A stretch of 64,000 nucleotides of DNA from a virus. Taxonomy: Duplodnaviria > Caudoviricetes. How positions within the stretch are numbered: position 1 is the first letter of the stretch; each line of letters starts with the position of its first letter. The notes beneath the pieces are model-generated. The model ran no database searches and was not told the origin of the DNA. It saw only the letters and a list, made by a program, of their open reading frames with translations. The position numbers and the translations under genes were made by a program. The stretch lies in the IMG/VR virus record IMGVR_UViG_3300017716_001697, positions 64,001 to 128,000 of that record; one strand, 5' to 3'. This document shows, piece after piece, positions 57,527 through 64,000 of this stretch.

Positions 57527-60118
57527 ATGGATCAACGAGACGAATTTAGCAAATGGATGACATCAATTGAACAGGCTCTTACTGAAGAATCTACTGTAGT
57601 TGATGAAGAATTACTTGAACAAGGTTCTTGCGGTGGATGCGGTGCATGGGATTGCCCAGAGTGCTTCCCTGATGCAGATGGTGCCCTAGACGGTGCACAA
57701 CAAATTCCGGCAGTTATTATCATCGGTGCTACACCAGATGCACAAGGCCAATCTGTTGGTCAACCACCTGCTCCAACTGAAGAACCACCTGCACAACCGC
57801 AGGGCGTGGGGATGGCAGGAACTCATCCAGTAGATGGCGATACGTTCGACCACGACGAAGAAGACGAAATTGACGTAACAATGATGGGCCAGGACGCCTT
57901 CGCCGAGGAAGACGAAGACGACATGGAGATGACACAACAACCTCTTCCACGTTCCGGCAACGGTGGCGTCACACTTGGTCATATTGTTCAGAAATTTGTA
58001 AAGGCTGGCGGCGGTGAAGAAGGTAGTGAAGAAGAATTGTCCGAAGATGATGGCGACGCATCTGAAATGATTGGTAAGATTATGTACATGCAAGACATGG
58101 GTCTAAGCAATGGTCAACATAATTACAACGAAGCTCAATTAGGTGCATTGCCACCAGAGCAACTAAAGTTAATACACGATGAAGTTACAGGTAATGTATC
58201 TGAAAATTCGAGTAAGCCAACAAAGCCGCAAACAAAGCCGAATAACTGGGACGGGCTTGACGATATATTGAATCCTACACCAGACCAGCCTATTGCAAAC
58301 TATGATAACACTGATGACGGTGAGCATAATGACACAATGCCCGATCCAGAAGCAACACCTTCTATGCCACGTGCATCAGCAGCGTCAACAAGGGCTAAAA
58401 CACAAGGAATGACTCCATCTGATACAATGCGCGATTTCATGGGCCGTATTAATCCAGAAGCGGGCGCAGGCGAGCCAGATATTGAACCCGAAGATACAAC
58501 CAATGCATTAGTTGCTAGAACAGCAGCCGATGTTCCGGCAGTTATAAGCGCCGCGATGCGTGTGGCTGGAGTAGAGATGCCAGAATGGCATTCCGTGAAT
58601 AATTTGCCTGGTTTTTCGCAATCAAACGTTCGTGGAATGGGTCGTAAAGTGTTCAGCATGTTCACATCTACTCCGCTAGAACAAATACAGACAATTGCTA
58701 ACGTCGATGGGCAAGGCCCTAACACAGATGCAGAATTACGTTCTGTAGCATCCTGGTTAATGAACAATGCAGACGACCTCGGTGAAGTAAAATTAGATCA
58801 CGGTGCAGCTATTCCTGGATACAAACCCGATGTTAAAGAATACAGCATAAATGGCGTAAGGTTCCATGTAGTAAGAGATCCGATGGGACAGTACATTTAT
58901 GCATATCCAGATGCAGATGCAAAGACAAATACGGGCGCAGGAAGACTAGGACAAGGACAACAACCACCACAGGGCGCTATGCCTAGAATACGCGAAGGGA
59001 AAGATATGGCATTTAGATTAACAATTACAGAAGCTATTAAGTTAGATGATATTATTAGAGAAGGGTTAGCTTCGTTGATTTTTGAATCCGAAGTAGTAGA
59101 TGAAAGTTCGCTTAGTAAGGTATTGGGTAAGAATAAAGGCGGACAACAACTTGTTCGTTTCTTGCATAGCAAACACAAATTAAGTAACGAAGCCCAATTA
59201 GAGCCAGTTAAATTCAACAAAGATCTGTTGTGGTCGCAATTTAAGAGCCACCCGGACGATTTTGTGATTGTATCCGGGGCCAATGGTGCAGCAGGTATCA
59301 AGCCTTCTAAGAAGCATTTCGATGATTATGTCAAAGCAAAGCAAGATAAGGGCCAGACGCCTAATCCAGGAAGAAACAGTTCGTTACAATACCAAATTGT
59401 TGCGTTTACTGATGATGGCGAGCGTGTTGATCCGGAATTGTTACGAGTACAACCCGAGCCAGGCGACGAACCAGTGCAACGTGACGTTGATCCGACTGTA
59501 ATGCGAGCACGTATGGGTAAAAACATTGGTTCCGATCTGCAGAATGCTAATAATACATTCAGATTGTTAAATGACCAAATTGGCCCTATCACGACTGTAT
59601 GGATTTCTGGTTTTGGTGGCTATCGTGGCGACCCCGATTCAGTTAAACCAGCAGTAGGTTCCGTTGAAAGAGATAAGATGAAAGCCCGTGACGAATTAGG
59701 TGCCGGGCCAGGTCGTCAGAAAGACCAAAAGCCTATGCCCGAACGTGAATCAGTGAATGCAGTCTTTAAGATGATTCGCCCAGTTCTTAAGAAATTAACT
59801 GCTGAAGCAATGTCTCCATTAATGAATGCACGTAAGCGTGCTATTGATGCTGATAACGAAGATCAAGTCGAAAGACTAACAGCGCGAATTAAGAAAATGA
59901 AGAATTTCCTAGAGCAGATAGACACCTCCGCTGATGTTGATATCAACAGTTCCAGCTTTGGACCATCACTTAGGCTTGCACTTGCTACAGCAGCTGGTGC
60001 CCGCAGCGGATCTGAAGAATATAAGCAATATCTGTCAGCAGCCGCCCGCGGAAGTCGTGCAGCATTGAAACCTGTGCTAGATGCGCTTAGAGACGAATTC
60101 TTTGCAAAGTTGGGATAA
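57527..60118 (+). CDS. large acidic late protein (putative internal head protein)
   Basis: GATAAATA 57477, AGGAG SD; CxxCxxxxCxxC, VTLGHIVQ motif, modular low-complexity architecture. Confidence 0.65.
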   Translation: MDQRDEFSKWMTSIEQALTEESTVVDEELLEQGSCGGCGAWDCPECFPDADGALDGAQQIPAVIIIGATPDAQGQSVGQPPAPTEEPPAQPQGVGMAGTHPVDGDTFDHDEEDEIDVTMMGQDAFAEEDEDDMEMTQQPLPRSGNGGVTLGHIVQKFVKAGGGEEGSEEELSEDDGDASEMIGKIMYMQDMGLSNGQHNYNEAQLGALPPEQLKLIHDEVTGNVSENSSKPTKPQTKPNNWDGLDDILNPTPDQPIANYDNTDDGEHNDTMPDPEATPSMPRASAASTRAKTQGMTPSDTMRDFMGRINPEAGAGEPDIEPEDTTNALVARTAADVPAVISAAMRVAGVEMPEWHSVNNLPGFSQSNVRGMGRKVFSMFTSTPLEQIQTIANVDGQGPNTDAELRSVASWLMNNADDLGEVKLDHGAAIPGYKPDVKEYSINGVRFHVVRDPMGQYIYAYPDADAKTNTGAGRLGQGQQPPQGAMPRIREGKDMAFRLTITEAIKLDDIIREGLASLIFESEVVDESSLSKVLGKNKGGQQLVRFLHSKHKLSNEAQLEPVKFNKDLLWSQFKSHPDDFVIVSGANGAAGIKPSKKHFDDYVKAKQDKGQTPNPGRNSSLQYQIVAFTDDGERVDPELLRVQPEPGDEPVQRDVDPTVMRARMGKNIGSDLQNANNTFRLLNDQIGPITTVWISGFGGYRGDPDSVKPAVGSVERDKMKARDELGAGPGRQKDQKPMPERESVNAVFKMIRPVLKKLTAEAMSPLMNARKRAIDADNEDQVERLTARIKKMKNFLEQIDTSADVDINSSSFGPSLRLALATAAGARSGSEEYKQYLSAAARGSRAALKPVLDALRDEFFAKLG

Positions 60119-60119
60119 C

Positions 60120-62027
60120 ATGTATTTAGATAGTCTTATAGAGTCCTTATTACTAGAAGGTGCCACGCTGACTAAAGGTAGTCAGCGTGTAATGAATGAT
60201 AAAAAACTTGTGCCAGCATTAGCTCAGACAGTTCGCGATGATGTTGCTATCAACCCCGCATCATTTCCAGCAGGTTCTAAGAACAATTTCAAGAAAGCAC
60301 CAGACGAAGAAGTAGCAAGCTGGTTCTTGGAAAATTTAGATAACATTGAACGTGCAGGATACGATGGTGCTGTATATTCGCGTGACGGTGCAAACAGTGA
60401 CTGGATTACTCGCAGGTACATTGCCGGTTCACATAATTGGGAAGATATTACTGGTGTGCTGAATATGAATTTATTCGACTGGTATGCATTAAAGAATCGT
60501 GATGCGCTAGATGCTAACCATCAGCAGATATCAAAATTCAATAGCATTCGTCAGATCGGTTCTTATATGGTAACACATTATAGGCAAGAGCTAGAACAAA
60601 CTCGCGATGCTGCTAAGAACGCTGCAAAAGATAAGTTAGCCAAGGCTATTCCTATTCTCGATAATGACGATTATAAGATATTCTGCACACTCAACCGTAT
60701 AGCAGGATGTAAACTGGGTCGTGGCACTCAATGGTGCACAGCAAATACAACTACAGATCAACATTATCATAGATATTCTAATGAAGCTATGTTATTTCAG
60801 TTGTTTCCTAAGAACCCCGAACAGGTTAGCAAACAAACCCGTGGTGGTAGGAAGACCGAAGGATCTGAAAAATATCAATTCGGTGCAGACGATAATGGCT
60901 CGTTCATGGACATAGCTGATGATCCTGTACCGAAGAATGTAGTTAGGACAAAGTTTCCATATCTGTATTCAGATCTTGTTGATGCGTTAACAAAGAATAA
61001 GGCTAAGATTGATACTGCAACAGAAAAGTTATCAGCAGATCCTACATTGCAGACAACTGATACAAAAGTTAAGAATTATAACGTAGATGATGAAATTAGA
61101 AAATTGCATAGGTTTGTAGACCGTGGATTCTTCACTGACGAAGTGCGCCCACCGAAGACTGCAGACCCAGCATTAGAACAACCGCCTCAGGCACCCCAGG
61201 AGAATCCAATGGAAGATATGAAGTCATTAGCAAAATCTATGCTAGAAGATGTGACATTAGGGCATATTGTACAACAATATAAACCGGCTAATAGTGACGG
61301 AGAAGAATCCCCTTTAACACACGGTGATGATAATCTCGATGAAGGTGAGCCTATGATCGGCGATGCTAAATCTAGATTAGTGCAGACATTAATGAGCCGC
61401 CAAGCTGCTATCGACGAAGAAGATGCAATGGCAGCACCTGCTCCCGGCGCAGCACCGATGCCCGGTGGTGAAGTAGGCGGACAAGCACAAACTGGTGGCA
61501 CATTAGGTGGCGCTGGCGGCGGTATGGGTGGTGGCGGGCAATATGCACCAGGAACGGCGCCCACAATGCCAGAATCAATTAACCAACAAGGAAAAGTTAC
61601 AATGGAAAATGTAGATAAAGACGTAGCAGCAATGCTTAACACATTAAAGAAATATGACAAGCTTACAGAAAGTGTACTAGGTATGGCTACTGTTGGTATG
61701 GCAAACAAGCGTGTTGTCGAAGATGACAACGATGCAGATGATGCAGAAATCGATGCCGACAAGAATGACATCGAAGCAGACGAATTAGACGAATCTGGAC
61801 CAGCTAAGAAAGACGTCCCTGCATTCTTGCGTAAAGAAAAGGGTGGCGACTGGAAAACATCTAAAGATGATTTAGAAAAAGAAAAAGACGACAAGATCAG
61901 CGATCCTAAAACACTTGCTAAGAACAATGGAACAAAGGTTGATGAATCAGCTGGTGTTGATCCAGAAATTCTTGAGTGGATGGGGCGTTTTGCTAAATTA
62001 GGCAACATGAAAGGTTACGGTAGATAA
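60120..62027 (+). CDS. late protein with G.GT.WCT domain and acidic tail (putative internal head protein)
   Basis: GRGTQWCTAN...KYQF...FMDIADD; shares VTLGHIVQ with 57527. Confidence 0.65.
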   Translation: MYLDSLIESLLLEGATLTKGSQRVMNDKKLVPALAQTVRDDVAINPASFPAGSKNNFKKAPDEEVASWFLENLDNIERAGYDGAVYSRDGANSDWITRRYIAGSHNWEDITGVLNMNLFDWYALKNRDALDANHQQISKFNSIRQIGSYMVTHYRQELEQTRDAAKNAAKDKLAKAIPILDNDDYKIFCTLNRIAGCKLGRGTQWCTANTTTDQHYHRYSNEAMLFQLFPKNPEQVSKQTRGGRKTEGSEKYQFGADDNGSFMDIADDPVPKNVVRTKFPYLYSDLVDALTKNKAKIDTATEKLSADPTLQTTDTKVKNYNVDDEIRKLHRFVDRGFFTDEVRPPKTADPALEQPPQAPQENPMEDMKSLAKSMLEDVTLGHIVQQYKPANSDGEESPLTHGDDNLDEGEPMIGDAKSRLVQTLMSRQAAIDEEDAMAAPAPGAAPMPGGEVGGQAQTGGTLGGAGGGMGGGGQYAPGTAPTMPESINQQGKVTMENVDKDVAAMLNTLKKYDKLTESVLGMATVGMANKRVVEDDNDADDAEIDADKNDIEADELDESGPAKKDVPAFLRKEKGGDWKTSKDDLEKEKDDKISDPKTLAKNNGTKVDESAGVDPEILEWMGRFAKLGNMKGYGR

Positions 62028-62042
62028 TATCTATCAATCAAG

Positions 62043-62064
62043 AAGGCACTTCGGTGCCTTTTTT
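62043..62064 (+). terminator. intrinsic terminator with C(UUCG)G loop
   Basis: AAGGCAC-TTCG-GTGCCTT + T run. Confidence 0.9.
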
Positions 62065-62077
62065 AATGGCCGAAATT

Positions 62078-62106
62078 TTGACTTTCGATTAAGTAAGTGT
62101 TATAAT
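62078..62106 (+). promoter_or_regulatory. sigma70-type promoter (exonuclease X-like)
   Basis: TTGACT-17-TATAAT with TG extension. Confidence 0.85.
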
Positions 62107-62113
62107 TATTTAA

Positions 62114-62896
62114 TTGGAGGACTCAATGTCACATAAAGAAAAATTTTTAGAAGAATGTATTGTACTGGATACGGAAACAACCGGTAAAGATTACAATACG
62201 GCTGAAATTATTGAAACAGGGTTTGTTATCCGCGAAGGTGGAGAATGGATCTTATTTCAGGACTTACATAAACCTAAAGGCAAGATTCCACCAATGGTAG
62301 AGTCTATATGCTACATCACGAATAAAATGGTTGAAGACAAACCAGTCTTTGTTGATGCAAAAGAAACATTTCAAACAGTAGTCGATGGGTTTGCAAATGG
62401 GTATGCTGTAGGTCACAATTATTTCTATGATATGAAAGTATTGCAGAATCACGGTATTACAATGCCTAAGAATTCTATCTGTACATGGCGTATGGCTAAG
62501 AAGTTGTTTAATGGCATGAATGAGATTGAAAGTACAAGTCTACCATATTTGCGTTTTGCACTAGAACTAGATGTGCCAATTGATATGTACTGCCACCGTG
62601 CGGGCAACGATTCGTTTATAACCGGCAAATTACTTGAAATTATGGTGGATTTAATGGAGTCGTCTGATCTACTGGACCTAGACATGCCATACGGTCCACA
62701 AATTGCAGAATGGGCCGCAGCGCCTATTATTTACGAGCGTATGCCGTTTGGAAAACATAAGGGCGAACTAATGATCGATGTGCCACATAGCTACTGGAAG
62801 TGGGCAACACAGAATATGGATTCGCTAAACGAAGATGCTGATAACTTCGATCCCGATCTTGCGGCAAGCGTGCATAAGGCACTGGGACTAAATTAA
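62114..62896 (+). CDS. DEDDh 3'-5' exonuclease (exonuclease X-like)
   Basis: LDTETTG, VGHNYFYD, HRAGND, C-terminal MPFGKHKG. Confidence 0.88.
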   Translation: MEDSMSHKEKFLEECIVLDTETTGKDYNTAEIIETGFVIREGGEWILFQDLHKPKGKIPPMVESICYITNKMVEDKPVFVDAKETFQTVVDGFANGYAVGHNYFYDMKVLQNHGITMPKNSICTWRMAKKLFNGMNEIESTSLPYLRFALELDVPIDMYCHRAGNDSFITGKLLEIMVDLMESSDLLDLDMPYGPQIAEWAAAPIIYERMPFGKHKGELMIDVPHSYWKWATQNMDSLNEDADNFDPDLAASVHKALGLN

Positions 62897-62897
62897 A

Positions 62898-63071
62898 ATG
62901 GCTACAGCTAGAAATGATATCACTGGAGACTCACTAGCATCAAAGTCATCCACCGACGCCTATCGTAAAGGGTGGGAAACAACGTTCGGGAATAAGGCAG
63001 CAGAACTAGCTGTAGAGACTAAATTATCTGAGCAGACAGATCCGTCTGACGCAGAAAGTAACGACCTATAA
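62898..63071 (+). CDS. small hypothetical protein (57 aa, below cutoff)
   Basis: MATARNDITGDSLASK...YRKGWETTF; fills the gap. Confidence 0.6.
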   Translation: MATARNDITGDSLASKSSTDAYRKGWETTFGNKAAELAVETKLSEQTDPSDAESNDL

Positions 63072-63121
63072 TTTGGTCAGTGCACAGGGCACTAAAAATT
63101 AAAACACAAAAGGAAATATAA

Positions 63122-63313
63122 ATGTCAACATTACAATCAATCAAAGAAGCAATGGCAGCACTGGAAACAGAAGATGCAAAATTTACAGCTGGCAATTCTG
63201 CTGCTGGCACCCGCGCTCGTAAGGCACTTGGTGATCTACAGAAACTTGCTAAGGTACGCCGTAATGAAATTACTGAAGAAAAGAACGCACGTAAAGAAGC
63301 AAAAGCTGCTTAA
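63122..63313 (+). CDS. histone H1-like (Hc1-family) basic protein
   Basis: KF..GNSAAGTRARKALGDL.K...R.EI; AAAGGA SD. Confidence 0.7.
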   Translation: MSTLQSIKEAMAALETEDAKFTAGNSAAGTRARKALGDLQKLAKVRRNEITEEKNARKEAKAA

Positions 63314-63700
63314 TTACTGACCGTTATTATTTTTAGCGCCATCCATTTCAGAAGACATCACAGCAGGTGCAAACGGCTGGTACTTCTGAACATGGTGGTC
63401 GTACGGTAAACCAGCGTGTGCTAATGCATATTGCAAACCCCTGAATCCAGGACTTTGTAATTTAGTACCCTCTGGTTTATTATTATATTTCGCCTGAGGC
63501 TTATCTACTGGCTTCGTAAATACAGGCACAACATCTTCTTTAAACCACTCTTTAAAATGCTCGTCATAGTACTCAGCATTCTTCTTTTTATACTTAACAT
63601 CATCGGGATTATAGAATTCATCGTAATCCTTGCTTGCTTCTTTGTAGAATCGTGCTACAATGTCTGTTGCACTCTCGTTGAGTATATCTTTAATTTTCAT
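63314..63700 (-). CDS. late protein (putative internal head protein)
   Basis: MKIKDILNES start; GATAAATA 5 nt upstream on the minus strand. Confidence 0.65.
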   Translation of the reverse strand: MKIKDILNESATDIVARFYKEASKDYDEFYNPDDVKYKKKNAEYYDEHFKEWFKEDVVPVFTKPVDKPQAKYNNKPEGTKLQSPGFRGLQYALAHAGLPYDHHVQKYQPFAPAVMSSEMDGAKNNNGQ

Positions 63701-63705
63701 AATAC

Positions 63706-63713
63706 TATTTATC
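63706..63713 (-). promoter_or_regulatory. late promoter motif GATAAATA (minus-strand gene)
   Basis: TATTTATC on the plus strand, 5 nt from ATG 63700. Confidence 0.7.
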
Positions 63714-63959
63714 ATGTCGTCTAGGTATCTTCCAGTTAAACATAATGCACAATGGTGGAATCACTGGTCTGCATTTTACAAATACTGCGATTCCTATAAA
63801 TCAGGGCAGGCATACTGTGACGAGATGAACTTAATAGCAAGGAAATTAAGAAAGTTCAACGGAACGATAGTATATAATACGGTTAATCCTCCGGGTATAA
63901 TCGGATTAGAATTTAACACCGACGAAGATTTACTAATTTTCAAATTAACATTTAACTAA
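63714..63959 (+). CDS. small hypothetical protein
   Basis: C-terminal FNTDEDLLIFKLTF motif. Confidence 0.55.
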   Translation: MSSRYLPVKHNAQWWNHWSAFYKYCDSYKSGQAYCDEMNLIARKLRKFNGTIVYNTVNPPGIIGLEFNTDEDLLIFKLTFN

Positions 63960-63970
63960 GGAAACACAAA

Positions 63971-64000
63971 ATGCAAAATGCTTTAATCCCAATGGTCGTA
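63971..64000 (+). CDS. clpP: probable ClpP protease N-terminus (truncated by window)
   Basis: AAGGA SD + MQNALIPMVV, matching the ClpP start ALVPMV; only 10 codons visible. Confidence 0.6.
   Translation, partial: MQNALIPMVV

Noticed and set aside
61187-62008. 273-aa minus-strand ORF
   Set aside because: Antisense shadow of the low-complexity acidic gene 60120; S/P-rich, with no SD or promoter.
1-64000. Stop-codon recoding, as in some jumbo phages
   Set aside because: Conserved genes are full-length in the standard code, and TAA, TAG and TGA all terminate genes.

Overview
A 64 kb segment of a large T4-like (contractile-tailed) bacteriophage genome in the standard genetic code, almost entirely + strand. 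Order: head/neck/tail morphogenesis (gp13-like neck, sheath, tube, gp4, large terminase); replication and recombination (gp32 SSB, UvsX/Y/W, gp62-like, a 199-aa mini-DnaE, primase, gp41 helicase); a block of acidic low-complexity late proteins; nucleotide and cofactor metabolism (class II RNR, NadM-Nudix plus NAMPT NAD+ salvage, ThyA, FolE, MazG-like, QueD); and a host-takeover/proteostasis block (ClpX, ribosomal bS21, Hsp20, ClpS, SufBD-like, GcrA-C-terminal-like protein, Hc1-like, start of ClpP). Two promoter classes are readable: sigma70-type TTGAC(A/T)-17/18-TA(T/C)AAT and a recurring late motif GATAAATA. Most unusual signals: a stand-alone minimal C-family polymerase core, several apparently leaderless genes including primase, a ROSE-like RNA thermometer before hsp20, internal in-frame SD+ATG restarts in late genes, putative protease-processed internal-head polyproteins, and an ATT-initiated gene. 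All protein assignments come from motif recognition by eye; no database searches were run. No tRNA, CRISPR array, intron, intein or transposon was recognised.
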